64,000 nucleotides of DNA from Octopus vulgaris (taxonomy: Eukaryota), in contig OX597816.1 in assembly GCA_951406725.2 (NCBI GenBank), positions 140,244,001 through 140,308,000 on the forward strand, written 5' to 3'. Under the pieces are notes generated by a model. That model saw nothing but the letters and a program-made list of their open reading frames with translations. It was not told where the DNA came from and did not search any database. Shown here one piece after another: positions 29,901 to 44,103 of the stretch. Position 1 is the first letter of the stretch. Every line of letters starts with the position of its first letter. A program made the translations under genes and the position numbers.

Positions 29901-31396
29901 ATAATGACATACATACATACATACATTTTCAGTAGTGTTCTGTTGTTTCCCTTTTGTTGTCCCTTGGGAATTGTATAAATGTTTTTTAACTGAATTATTT
30001 GGCGTCTCTAAAGCGGCAAAATCTATTTTTATTTATCATAAAAGAGAATCCATTACATTTTTTTAAGAAGTCAAGATACCTTTCCATACCTGATTGCAAG
30101 GAGGTGGGGGGCCTTCATGTATTGAAAGCTACATACCCTTCATAGCAAGGGTTCTCCAATAACTAGATGCCCGGGGCAAATGCCCCCTCTTCCCCCTATA
30201 AATCCGGCCCTGTATATATATATATATATATGGAAAAAGGCGCATGTAGTTGGGTACACGAACCGACGCGCACGCGTACGTACATACATACACTCTCATG
30301 CGTTCATATAGGCGCACTCGCACTTACACGCATTTACAAGACGAAGTGAATCCCTATGCGTGTGGGCAGGAATATATATATATATGCATACATACATATA
30401 TATGTATATATAGGTATATGTTTGTTTGTATGCGTGCATGTGTGCGTGTGTATAATACATCATTAACAGGCTTCTTTCAGTTCCAGTCAAACAAGTCCAT
30501 TCACAAGGCTTTGGGAAAACCGAATTGAAACAATTAGTATAGAGAAAATTGGAATCAATGTACAGAGACTTTGATGACACAAAAGAAAGGAACGAACACA
30601 TTATTGCTTCCGCATGGACGAATGAGTAAGACAACTAGAGTTAGCCGTGACGTAAATATTGACCCAAATATAAAATATTACAAGGTCTTTTGCTAAATAC
30701 GGTGTAGTGTTATGAGCCAGGCAGTATTGTAGGGAAGGATCGGACGTAAGGGAGTAAGCATGTCCTGTCAGAAGTGGCCCCTGTGACTCCCACAGGAAGT
30801 GCCGCGGTGGACATGCGGCATTCAGTGAAGAACGAGGGTCAGTCGGCGTCGAACAGCACATCAGAGCGGACGTGTGAGATGGTAGAGCAACGGATAGCGC
30901 ACGTGGACGTGGAGTGAACCATTGAGATCGTGACAGCATGTGAACGTTGAAAGTGACCTTTTCTCCGGACCTACAGGTAAGACTACCGTAATTCTCTCTT
31001 CGCTTCAGTCTTTTTTTCCTTTACATCACATATGGAATATAAACGAAAAGAGGTATGGCATAGCATCTGCATCTTCGAAGCATTTTCAGTAAACAGGGCA
31101 TTGAACGTCGACTCAAACTTCCAAATTTATGTTTCAAGGCAAAACTACTAATGAAGACGTTAATAATAATAATGATGGACTCTCCCGTCGATGGCGACAT
31201 ATGAGTGCTCAGCTTTTGCCGAACGACCTGCATAAATGATTTGTTTATAGTTTTCAAATGTATGTGCTGTACACTAACTGCGTCCCACCATCAAATCGCA
31301 CCACCTTGTCAACATCCTAACCACTTGGCCTTGTGTCCTAATAATAATAATAACAACAACAACAACAACAACAACAACAATAATAATAATAATAAT

Positions 31397-31944
31397 CCCT
31401 GATGCAGTACCAGACAGTGACTCTCATGGCTTCTCAACTGATTGAAAGTGTCATCATGTACATCGTTTTGTCTTGGTATAAAAGATGGGCTACAACAAAT
31501 ATTCTGCTCAATACCACAGATTTGCTTATCAGTTGTTTGACCTTAACCAGTTGATTATCGCCCTCGGTGGTTGAGGATATGTGCATCTCTGATCATGAAC
31601 AGAAATAGGGGGGAGCATCATAGCTATGTGCTGAGAGGTATTCTTTAGGGTTTGGATAATTCACCGCTGGAAACATGGGTGTTTCGTTCAACATCCTTAA
31701 ACAACTCTTATTCATAGACCTTTTGAGCGGGTCGGGCTACTCAACCTGAAGAAAATTCTAACTGGGCTCCACCTGCAAGGTCATGTGTTGTCTATCTTGA
31801 TATGATATCACTATGTCACGCACATATGGTTGTGATGCATGTACCTGGTGTACCCTTATCAGTTGGGTAGTTTATGATGGGTATACTGGGCTTCGTATAT
31901 TTTACCCCAGTGTCACTTTGATGGCATGCACTGCTCTCTCACTC

Positions 31945-31945
<1 letters not shown>
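31397..31945 (+). mobile_element. Non-coding (TAA)n-associated repeat, longest copy
   Basis: ~550 bp bounded by (TAA)n on both sides; homologous to 17208-17649. Confidence 0.78.
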
Positions 31946-31988
<43 letters not shown>

Positions 31989-32039
31989 TAAATATAAAAA
32001 ATAAAAACAATAATATCAGTGATAAGAGTGATGATGATG

Positions 32040-32145
<106 letters not shown>

Positions 32146-32208
32146 TAAATATAAAAAATAAAAACAATAATATCAGTGATAACAGTGATGATGATGATGA
32201 TGATGATG

Positions 32209-32276
<68 letters not shown>

Positions 32277-32278
<2 letters not shown>

Positions 32279-34855
32279 AAGGAAGCGAGTGGAGTCGCCC
32301 CATGTCCTGATTAATGATACATCTATTGATTGTGTCACAATAAAAACACTGGTAATTACGCAATCTGATAGTTGCTACCTCATATGAGTGACAATAAAAA
32401 AACAAAATATTGTGAATAATAGTCGTAATGAAACTGAAGCCATTGATGGTGACAGTGTTGCATCCGGCAAGCTCAGAGATTCTGCTCCGGTTCCAATCTG
32501 TCGATATCCAGAAAGGGATCGCCACACACGGCGTAGATGGAGCAAGCAAATTAATTCTGTGGTCATGGACCTTTACTACCTGAGCAACCCGGTAGATGAA
32601 AATGATGCTCAAGTTCGGGGTTACTGACAACGTATGTATGATTATTGGAGGGAAAAGGGATTATTTCAACTCACGGTACAGATACTATGTGATCAAGCTA
32701 GAGCAATAAGAAAAAGATCGTTGGTTCACAGAAGTAGAGCTCGAAGCTATCAAAAGTCTTGGAAAATAGCAGCAGAGATAACGATGAAAATACAGTTCTT
32801 ATTAATAAAAGTAATCTCATAACACAGGAAAGGAGCAGTGGTAGCTTACTTGATGAGAGACATAAAGATGATCTAAAAGAAGACGTTAAAACTAATAACG
32901 ACATGACAGATGAACAAAAGGTAATCTACGACAGAATAAAGGCAAGACTCCAGGAGAACGGTAGCGACATTATTTGCAACCTGAAAAAGGTTGATCGATA
33001 GAAATCGAACCAAGAAACGAAAAATATCAATGAAATTCTGAAATACATTAGAACAAGAATCACAGAAACAAATAATTTGATCCAGGCAGCAAGTATTGTT
33101 GTAGCAGAAAACGTGGGTGTTGATGTCAAGAAAAAGAAATATAATGGGAGTGACAAAAGAAAAGATCCATGGTGGAAAAGAAGAATACAGGCAGGGTTAG
33201 ATATGCTCTCGAAGGAAATCTCTGTGTTAGGCCAAAAAGAGAAAGTGGAGCTTAAAGAGAGAAAAAATTCAGGGTGCTGAAAAGGGAGTATAATATTGAA
33301 AGAAAGGGCCTGAAAGTGGTAATGGAGGAACTGAAACAGCGCTTCCTTGCAAAGAAAGCAAAGATGGTAAAATACGACTAAAGAATGAAGGGTTACCATC
33401 AGAATAGGTTATTAGAGTAGATCAGAAGAGATTCTATAAAGAAATAAATGGAGAGTGTAGAGATGAAGAGTTGATACCAGATAACAATGAAAGTCAAATG
33501 TTTTTGAGTGACACCTGGAGCAAAGACAAGGAGCACAAGAAGGATGCTGAATGATTGCAGGAACTGAAACAAACAGTAGTCTGTCCAAAACAGGCGGAAC
33601 TAGTAATTTCAGTTAGGGAAGTGAAGGAAATAAGCAAAAACATTAGCAACTGGAGGGCCTCGGGACCAAATGGAGTTCAAGGCTACTGGATCAAAAGATT
33701 TGGTGAATATCATGCACGAAAAGCTGCGCAACTCAACACCTTGTTAAATGCCGACCAAGTAACACGAGAGTGGTTAACATTGGGTAGGACAGTGCTGTGT
33801 TTGAAAAACATCGAAAAAAGCAATCGGGTAGACAATTAGAGGCCGATATCGTTTTCCCATTTATGTGGAAATTATTGACTAGAATACTGGCAGAGTTAAT
33901 GTACGAACATCTGGAAAAAATGGAGTCCTGCCACATGAGCAGAAGGGTTGCAAGCGTAAGTGCAGAGGTACCAAGGATCAACTTCTGATAGATAAAACTG
34001 TACTTAGAGAATGCACGATAATTAACAACCAAGTATCAAGACTTATGTGTAGAAAGAGACCCTGTGAAACCTCTGACAGCAGGCTGCTGACTGTTCTCAC
34101 AGAATCTACCAGAACAAACAAGGCTGAACATTCTGAGAAGTGAAACAACAACAACAATAATAATAATTCTGCAAAAAAAAAAATGGATTCCTGCCACATG
34201 AGCAGGAGGGCTGCAAGTGTAAGTACAGAAGGTACCAAGGATCAACTCCTGATACACAAAAATGTACTTAGATAATGCAATAGGAGGGAAAGTAACTTAG
34301 CCATGTCATGGATCGATTATCGTAAGGTGTACGATATGATCCCACATTCTAGGATTATGGAGTGTATGAACCTATTTGTTATTGCATCGAATGTTGAGCG
34401 ATTGCTTGGAAAAAGCATGGCGAATTGGAGGACGAACCTGACAGCATACGGAAGAAGCTTAGGGACAGTAGATATTAGGAGGAGAGGCATCTTCCAAGGA
34501 GACTGCCTGTCCCCACTGATCTTTGTACTGTACTTGATACTTCTAACTCTAATTCTGAGGAAAGCAAAAGCTGGGTATGTATTCAAAAGCCTCCAACAAA
34601 AAGTTAACCATTTGTTATTCATGGATGACCTTAAACTTTATGGTAAAGATGAAGCCCAAGTCAGTTCCCTCATTGATATGGTGTATACTTGCAGTGCTGA
34701 TATCGGAATGGAATTCGGGCTGAGAAAGTGTGGTGTGTTAGTTTTGAAGAGAGGCAAAATCAAATGTATGGACGGGCTAACGATACCGTCGGCAAGGTTA
34801 TGAAGCAGATAGAAGAAACAGGCTCTAAGTACTTGGGAATTTTGGAAATGTATAA
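32277..34855 (+). mobile_element. R4/Dong-like LINE, 5' region and RT domain, degenerate
   Basis: Begins directly after (TAA)n; PWWKRR, NWRASGPNG, WIDYRKVYD, GIFQGDCLSPL, HLLFMDD and FGLRKC motifs. Confidence 0.88.
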
Positions 34856-35212
34856 ATTTTCCACAGAAGTTTTGTAATTTTCAGCGCCCTTCACGAAGCA
34901 AAGACTTATAACAGTCATAATCGATACAACCCACGAAAAACATCACAAAAGCTGCAAATGAGCAATTCATCTAAAAATTCGTTGAGAAAATAATGAAACT
35001 TGTTAGACGTATGATATGAAAAGAGTACATCTTCCTAACTCTCTCCACACACACACACACACGCACTCACACACACGCGCGCGCACACACACACGCGCAC
35101 TCTCTCCCCCTCCCACTCATCCCTTTTCCTCCCCTTCTCCGTATTTCTCTTTCTCCCTCATTCTCTTTCTTTCATGCTTTCTCTTTCCTTTGTACACACA
35201 CACACACACATG

Positions 35213-35246
<34 letters not shown>

Positions 35247-35287
35247 TGTATGTATGTATGTATGTATGTATGTATGTATGTATGTAT

Positions 35288-35500
35288 AGTTAATCCAAAC
35301 AAGAAAGCACAAAAAAACACAGCAACGCGAGGACGTGGAACAAATATAGTATTATTGGACGCTCAGGAAAGAAGGAAAGAAGGAGGGTTTAACGTTTCGA
35401 GCGGAGCTCTTCGTCGGAAACATAGGAGAAGGAAAGATCCAGAGAAGGGAAGACAGAGGAAAAAAATCGCCAACGATACACACGAGGTCACATATTGAAA
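35288..35500 (-). mobile_element. Penelope pLTR-like fragment with minimal hammerhead-like motif
   Basis: Minus strand 35420-35388: ttt-CCGACGA-A-gagc(tcc)gctc-GAAA-cg-TT-aaa; located between microsatellites. Confidence 0.55.
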
Positions 35501-35627
35501 GGATATATATATATATTTGAGTAGTTGATTGAATTATCTTATTAAGGATAATTCGAAAGATAACCGATACCCGGGTTACTTGTTAAGATACTTGTTAACC
35601 AGTCGTTCAACTCCATTCTTTCATATA

Positions 35628-35682
<55 letters not shown>

Positions 35683-35856
35683 GAGGAATACCCACTAAAG
35701 TGGACACCTAATATGGTACTACTAAGAAGAATGCGTTCTCAAGAAAAATCTCAGCAAAACGCCAAAATGTAAGACTATCTTTAATCTTCGGATTTTTTAA
35801 ATATGCTAAGCCGCTGGTTTTAATTGATTGATATCAATTTCTACCCATATTATGTA

Positions 35857-35945
<89 letters not shown>

Positions 35946-38516
35946 GCACGTGCTTGTGTATGTGTATGTACGTATGTGGTGGATGCATGCGCGTCTGTCT
36001 GTGTGTATGTGTACGTGTGTAGCTTCGTAGCTTTTTAAATTCAAGGGAAATCACCTACCTTGTCATTTTATAGAGTGACGTCCCTTGCAGCACGTTACTT
36101 ATGCTTATTAATAGATATGTTTGTAATTGCTTAAATTCAAAGTTTGTAACGTGTTAATCTGACAATGGCCATAAAAATGACCCAACACTGCCAGAAGAAA
36201 ATAATTTATGAATAATTAATATGGGAATATGAATGTATTTAACTTTTTATATTGTATAATCAGTTCTCTCTTGATTGACTTTTAACTTGCTTCATTCCTA
36301 CTTACCATTTGTTATTTATAATACATCCTGTTTAGGTTGAGATATTTTAATAAAACAACAATTTATAGTGTATGGTATTTGATATTCCTGTATTTGTATA
36401 TAATAGGTGCTTTGCAGTATCTGTTCCCGTTTGTGTATTCTGACATCAACACATATATTGATATTGGTGCCGAGCTGTATTGGTTTAAGCCAGCGGCCAT
36501 TCTTTTATTCTTTCTGAGGTATATATCGATGAATCACACCCAACGAATTATATTACACAATTATCACGAAGGTGCGTGAAATAGTGGTTAGGGTATTCGG
36601 CTCATGACCTTCGGGTCGTGAGTTCGATTCTCGACGCCGAGTGTGTCCTTGAACAAAACACTTTATTTCGTACTGCTCCAATTTACTCAGCTGGCAAAAT
36701 TGAGTTGTAACTGTAATTCAAACAGGCCAACCTTGTCGCATTCTGTCTCACTCGGAATCTCCCTGAGGACTACGTTAAGCGTACACGTGTCTGTAGAGTG
36801 ATCAGCCACCCGCACGTTAATTTCTCGAGCAACTTCCCAACCACGAGGTTAGAGGTTGGGAAGGAGGTGGAGATTAGAAAATATATGCTACCTCTTTGTG
36901 CTGAAAAGTTAGGGAAAGTTGTCCCCTCTGTGTACACCTCCATTTGGATCAGTTTTGTTTCTTGCCAAACCACTAAGTTACTGTGACGTAAACAAGTCAA
37001 AACCGGTTGTCAAGCAGTGGTGGGGGACAAACACAAACACAACCACCCCTATATTTATATATATATATATATTCTTTTATCCGTTTCAGTCATTTGACTG
37101 TGGCCATGTTGGAGCACCGCCTTTAGTTGAACAAATCTATCTCAGGACACATTCTCTATAAGAAATGTTAAGTTACCGGGACGTAATCACACCTACATCG
37201 CCTGGTGGGGTGAGAAACATAGACACACAAACATATATGAAGGCATGTGTATTGTTTATTTTTGATTTTGTCTATTACACAGTATAGTAGGGTCAGTTGC
37301 GCATTAGACATCTTTTTAAGATATTTAATTTACAATATTCTACAAGATTAAAGGTATGCACGCTATTAAATAATCCTATGCTCATATTAAAACAACTGAC
37401 TGTATCTGATCTAATCTATGCTACACTCTAATCAAAGAGATAATTCTTTCCAGGAAATTGCTTCTAAGTTACTATCGCTTATCGAGTTATATAACGAAGC
37501 AAAATCTAGCAGCTTATTTAATAGCTATTTAGCTATCGATAGGTAAATATTCACGTTCTCGAATTGATTGAACCTTAATTTATTACTTCTTACCCTCTTT
37601 TAGAGATGATTTCGGATGTGTTACCTCAATTGGGCAAGATTAGTTAACTCTTATTTTTAATTATGCATGAATGAAAACTCGTGATTATACAATAGTATAA
37701 TATTATTAAAGGCAGTAAGCGGCATAATCATTAGCACACTGGACAAAGTGCTTAGCAGTATTTCTGCCGGCTTTACGTTCTGAGTTCAATTTCCGCCGAG
37801 TTCGATTTTGCCTTTCATCCTTTCAGAGTTTGTTATAATTGATTTACCATCCCTCCTCCGACATTTCACGCCTTGTTCCAATAGTAGAACACATTGTTAA
37901 GAATGCTGATCTCAGATTTAGCAGGGCTCTTAAGCTCACATTTGCGATTGAAATGAAATTATTTTCGTCGTTTTAGAGCACCGCGATCACATTACGCAAA
38001 TTTATTACTATTCCTTTTGTAACTGTGTTTCTGTTAATAAGAGCCCTTGTATGATTTTGAATAATGATGTTGTTTGGGATATGATTATATAATCTGTCAT
38101 TTAACTTGCAGTGGTTCATAGTTTTAATTCAAAATAACAGAGCTGTTTTATAATGTCTGATTTAAGCTTAACTTGGAAAGGTTTAGAATATTAGAACTTG
38201 AGACTGAATATCAGATCAGAAAAGTCATAATCTAAGTTTCTAGGTCCATGACAAATAGTGGAAATCTTCCCTATTTTATATCGAAGTGATTCACAATCGA
38301 AAGTTGTTGACCGTCTACCATCTCAAACATATATCAAGGCACACTTTTTCCCCAGAAGTTTTGTAATTTTCAGCACCCTCGACGAAGCAAAGATTTATAA
38401 TAACCATAATCTAAATAACCCCCGAAGAACTTCCCAAAAGCTTCAAATGAGCAATTCATCTAAAAATTCATTGAGAAAATAATGAAACTTGTTAGACGTA
38501 TGATAGCTCTCTCCAC

Positions 38517-38637
<121 letters not shown>

Positions 38638-38813
38638 GGCGCGCATGCATGCTGCTCCAGTCCACTCAGGTGGCAAAACTGAGTTGTCCTGTAATTCACA
38701 AAGGCCAACCCGTCACATTCTTTGTCACTCGGAATCTCCCTGAGGACTACGTTAAGGGTATTGGTGTCTGTGGAGTGCTCAGTAACATGCACATTAATTT
38801 CACGAGCAGGCAG

Positions 38814-38881
<68 letters not shown>

Positions 38882-39262
38882 ATACATCCCGTTATTCCAC
38901 CCTTTCTTCTCTGACTTTCTCTTTCTCCCCCTTTCTCTCTATTTCATGCTTTCTGTTTCCCTAGTAGACGTGCTTGTGTACACGTGTGTATGTGTGTGTG
39001 TGAACGTGTGTACGTGTGTAACTAGATACCGTTGTTAAATTCAAGGGAAATCACCTACCTTGTCATTTTATAGAGTGACGTCCCTTGCAGCACGTTACTT
39101 ATGCTTATTAATAGATATGTTTGTAATTGCTTAAATTCAAAGTTTGTAACGTGTTAATCTGACAATGGCCATAAAAATGACCCAACACTGCCAGAAGAAA
39201 ATAATTTATGAATAATTAATATGGGAATATGAATGTATTTAACTTTTTATATTGTATAATTA

Positions 39263-40101
39263 AAGTATACAAGCCATCTCAACATGGCTAACCACTAAGG
39301 GTGGGTGTTACTGTAGCTTTTAGCCCCAAGAGATCATCGTCTCCAGCTGGCTTTAGGCACACTTTCTGTGCTCTTATGGTATTTGCAAAGGGAGGTCATC
39401 CCTCTCTCGTAAACCTAAGTGTCACGCACGGACTGCAGTTTCTAGGTATTTGCCTGTCTTCGACGTACGGCAGTCACCAGTTTACGATGAAAGGGAGACC
39501 TGTTTGCAAATACTTATAGGTTTTTCTAGTAACTTCCGTCACTGATTTCGAAAAACTGTCTGCAAGCAATAATAAATCTCTGAACGAGATGTAAACAGTA
39601 ACTGCTCGACAACGTAAAGTATACTAGCCATTTCAATATGGCTAACCACTAAGGGTAGGTGTTACTGTATCTTTTAGCCCCAGGAGATCATCGTCTCTGG
39701 CTGGCTTTAGGCACACTTTCTGTGCCCTGTTCAGAGATTTATTATTGCTTGCAGACAGTTTTTCGAAATCAGTGACGGAAGTTACTAGAAAAACCTATAA
39801 GTATTTGCAAACAGGTCTCCCTTTCATCGTAAACCGGTGACTGCTGTACGCCGAAGACAGGCAAGTACCTAGAAACTGCAGTCCGTGCGTGTCACTTGGG
39901 TTTACGAGAGAGGGATGACCTCCCTTTACAAATGCCATAAGAGCACAGAAAGTGTGCCTAAAGCCAGCTGGAGACGATGATCTCCTGGGGCTAAAAGCTA
40001 CAGTAACACCCACCCTTAGAGGTTAGCCATATTGAGATGGCTAGTATACTTTACGTTGTCGAGCAGTTACTGTTTACATCTCGTTCAGAGATTTATTATT
40101 G
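39263..40101. mobile_element. Non-coding structured insertion: ~354-nt unit, ~1.3 forward copies plus ~1.05 inverted copies, 12-bp TSD
   Basis: ATTGTATAATTA at 39251-39262 and 40102-40113; absent at the paralogous site 36251-36262; unit restarts at 39617; inversion at ~39728. Confidence 0.88.
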
Positions 40102-40779
40102 ATTGTATAATTAGTTCTCTCTTTATTGACTTTTAACATGTTTCATTCCTACTTACCATTTGTTATTTATAATACATCCAGTTTAGGCTGAGAAATTTTA
40201 ATAAAACAATAATTTATATTGTATGGTATTTGATATTCCTGTATTTGTATATAATAGGTGCTTTGCAGTATCTGTTCCCGTTTGTGTATTCTGACATCAA
40301 CACATTTATTGATATTGGTGCCGAGGTGTATTGGCTCAAGCCAGCGGCCTTTCTTTTCTTCTATCTTGGATAAATATCGATGAAGCACACCCGACGAATT
40401 ATATTACACAATTATCATGAAAGCACACGAAATAGTGGTTAAGGCCATGAATTTGATTATCAGCGCTGAGTTGCGTCTGCACCAGTGAATTTTGAAAGTT
40501 TAAAGGGAAGGAGGTTGATAGTTGAAAATGTGATGAGAGTTCTAAAGTGAGGAACTGTAAAAGAGAATAAAATTGTGGATAACATTTTGTACAGAAGGAA
40601 TGCAGTACGTTAGGAAATGAAAAGACATATCCCGCAAGTTATGCTGGGGGAATTGCCTCAGAAGATCAAGGGCCATTCAAATAACAGGACAGCATAACAG
40701 TAAAGCAAGAGAAGGTTTGCTTCCAGATCATGAAAATTGATTTTCTCTATCTGCATTGTGTAAAAAGTAAACATCTTTC

Positions 40780-41000
40780 TTTTATTATCTTGTACTGCAG
40801 CCATGCTGGAGCACCACCTTGAGGAAAGTTTAGTCGATTGAATCGACCCAAGCATTTACCCTTTTGCTAAGCCTGGTACTTATTCAATCGGTTTCTTTTG
40901 CCGAACTGTTAAGTTACGAGGACGTAAACACACCAAACACCGATTGTCAAACAGTGGTGCAGGGCAAAACATACACAAAGACACACACACACACACACCT
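40780..41000 (-). mobile_element. SINE family 3, 3' part
   Basis: Reverse-complement match to the 59040-59200 region. Confidence 0.7.
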
Positions 41001-41030
41001 ACATGTTTTTGTGTGTGTGTATGTATGTAA

Positions 41031-41077
<47 letters not shown>

Positions 41078-41324
41078 TATATAAGCAAGTTTCTTAACAT
41101 ACAAAGAGAAAAAAAAATCTCTGTAATACAGCTTATGTTACATCGAGCATGTTATATTGAGTATGTATGGTTACTGAAAGGGATCATTGAAAATTACAAC
41201 TATAACCTCAATAACAAAGAGCAATCTATGAGTAGGAAGTGATCATGTTGGGAGGAAATAGCCCTGTTTTCCTTTCTAAAATGAGTAACTGTTTTGGGTT
41301 TTTTTTTTACCGATAACACTGAAG

Positions 41325-41540
41325 TCGGCGAGCTAGCAGAATCGTTAGCACGCCGGGTAAAATGCTTAGCGGCATTTTGTCCGTCTTTATGTTCTGAATT
41401 CAAATTCCGCTGAGGTCGACTTTACCTTTCATCCTTTCGAGATCGATAAAATAAGTACCAGTTAAGTACTGGGATCGATGTAATTGACTTTTCCCTCACA
41501 CCAAAATTTTAGGCGTTGTACCTATAGAAGAAAGGATTAA
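41325..41540 (+). mobile_element. SINE family 1
   Basis: Full family 1 sequence. Confidence 0.85.
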
Positions 41541-41872
41541 TGATAACACAACAATATTGTTACTGTTGCATTAGCACTACCGATATGGTAGTAGTTGTAA
41601 ACCATTTTAATATATTATTTAATTACTCATTATATAAATGTGATTTTAATAACATAAGTGAAAGGCATTTCTATGGTTTATATAGTGTTTGAATTTTAGT
41701 ATAGTATTGTGTTATCTAGAACGGCTAGATGCCTTTCTTCCACAATATTCCTGGATGGTAGATTTAATTTATCATATTGTTTAACACAATCACAGGCTGC
41801 TTGTATATCTGTAGTGAAAGGGGTGAGGATCTACTCTGTTGCAAAATTTTGGACGGTGACAATTCTGTGGCA

Positions 41873-41941
<69 letters not shown>

Positions 41942-42524
41942 CCTCTCTCTCATTCCCACTCACCCAGTCTTATGATAATTTCATTTTTTTAAATTTCATA
42001 AATAGACATGCCAGGTACGTATGCACAAAACACGTTTCGCAACCAATTAACGAAAGAAATTAAAACAGATACAAGAAATTAATGTGCACAAAAATAGTTA
42101 TTCAGTACACATACAATTTTCTCATAAGAAACTTTGTCTTTGATATAAGTCTTCAGCACGCATTCGTTGGTCGTGTGTCTCATTGCTTAAAGAAGACTGT
42201 AGTCTTAGCTTCAAGGTCATATAACTTGTTATTTGACTTTAACATAAAAATCTCAAGTTGTTCCCAGCTAGTTTAATAAAGCTAATGTATGGACCATGTT
42301 ATAGAAAAGATTAAGAAGCGATTCCCATTTTAGGGTTAGAAGAAAGGGGTGCACATATATGGCTGGTCTAGAGCACTGAATACTCTGTTGGCGATCCTGC
42401 ATCCCACCCAAAACTATATCAGTGAGGAGAGTTTAACTATCACCTGTTCCCCAATATGAAAAAATAAAAAAACACTTGGCTGGGAACCAGTGTCGCAGTG
42501 ATGATGACGTCATAGCTGCTATTA

Positions 42525-42930
42525 CTCTCTCTATACTTGTTTCAGTCATTTGACTGCGGCCATGCTGAAGCACCGCCTTTAATCGAGCAAATCGACCCCA
42601 GGACTTATTCTTTTGTAAGCCCAGTACTTATTTTATCGGTCTCTTTTGCCGAACCGCTAAGTAACGGGGACATAAACACACCAGCATCGGTTGTCAAGCA
42701 ATGCTAGGGGGACAAACACAGACACACAAACACATACACACACATATATACATATATATACATATATACGACAGGCTTCTTTCAGTTTCCGTCTACCAAA
42801 TCCACTCACAAGGCTTTGGTCGGCCCGAGGCTATAGTAGAAGACACTTACCCAAGGTGCCACGCAGTGGGACTGAACTCGGAACCATGTGGTTGGTAAAC
42901 AAGCTACTTACCACACAGCCACTCCTGCGC
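42525..42930 (-). mobile_element. SINE family 3, full length
   Basis: Near-identical reverse complement of 58809-59217. Confidence 0.88.
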
Positions 42931-43209
42931 TATTGCTGATTTTTTTTTACGAACAGGATGAAAACTTTTTCACTAATAGGATCCAAGCTCTGCATCAAAT
43001 GGAAGAAGTGTGTGGACTGCAAAGGGGACCAGGTTGAAAATTATACCTCATTTGGTCACATTTCATGCCTATGAACTTTCCAGCCGAGCCTCGTATATTA
43101 CTGCTGCAGTTTACATAAGAGTTCAGTGTTTTTGCCAAGGAGTTGGTGCAGCATGGGTTACAATACTGAACCAAGTCCTTTATCGATTGGAAGTCTGATA
43201 CCTAACTAA

Positions 43210-43965
43210 TCTAGTTAATATCTTACTAACTTGGCTTTGCAGTTCTACAGTCGGCCCTGCCTATTTGAGATAAGCTCTACAGGTACGGAAATGTTGTCAG
43301 ACGGGCCTGTCCGAGACGCGTTCAGAGCAATGAAACCATTCTGCATGCATCTAGCCAGCGTCCAGGCATTGCTGACTTGTGGGGCTTTGTCAAACAACTG
43401 TTGCTGCATGTAGGGCGGATCTGGCTACTGGCCAAGACAATCATGAAATTAGCTCCACCGCCTTCTTTTAGCCGGGTATGACAGGTAGTTTTACCCGGTC
43501 TGGTGGCTACGGGGAAAGAGGTAGTATGACAGAGGAAGTTGAAGGGACTAATGACAGATTCTTTGTTCTGCAATCAAGCCTTCGTCGACTTTTCAAGTTC
43601 CAAGTGACAAGGAAAGTTAAGGTAAAGAGAGAAGTGCTGCCCTACTGTGTTTTTGTTGAGAGGTGGAGTAATGTGGCGAGGATGACCCGTGTGAATGGGT
43701 CTACACTAAGTAGGATCATGTAGGCTGGAGGAAAAGGAGAGGGATGCCTGCTGAAGTGTCCTTAGCGATCACGGTGTCCAGGATTTGCAGAGTTACTTGG
43801 TTGCGCCTGGGTTGTGCTTCCCACTCTGAAGTAATTTTTTATTGTTTAATATTTTTTATTGTTAATTATTTTTATTTTATTGTTTACACGTGCTATATGC
43901 ACACGTCCAATGTCCTACGTTTTATGTCGTCCCTTTTGTTTTGTGTGTGACCCTTGTAGCTAATA
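43210..43965 (+). mobile_element. Tx1/L1-like LINE 3' fragment
   Basis: Similar to 47680-48330 (gagataagctctacagg..., gcgaggatgacccgtgtgaatggg). Confidence 0.6.
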
Positions 43966-44025
43966 AGAAATTATCATTATTATTGTTGCTGTTGTTTTGC
44001 CGCTGCTATAGTTATTGCTGTAGTG

Positions 44026-44103
<78 letters not shown>

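Noticed and set aside
30700-31030. Possible solo LTR (TG...CA, GC-richer island)
   Set aside because: No matching TSD or second copy in the window.
39290-39360. Twister, group I/II intron or IGR-IRES assignment for the structured unit
   Set aside because: Only short chance-level similarities; diagnostic cores were not found.
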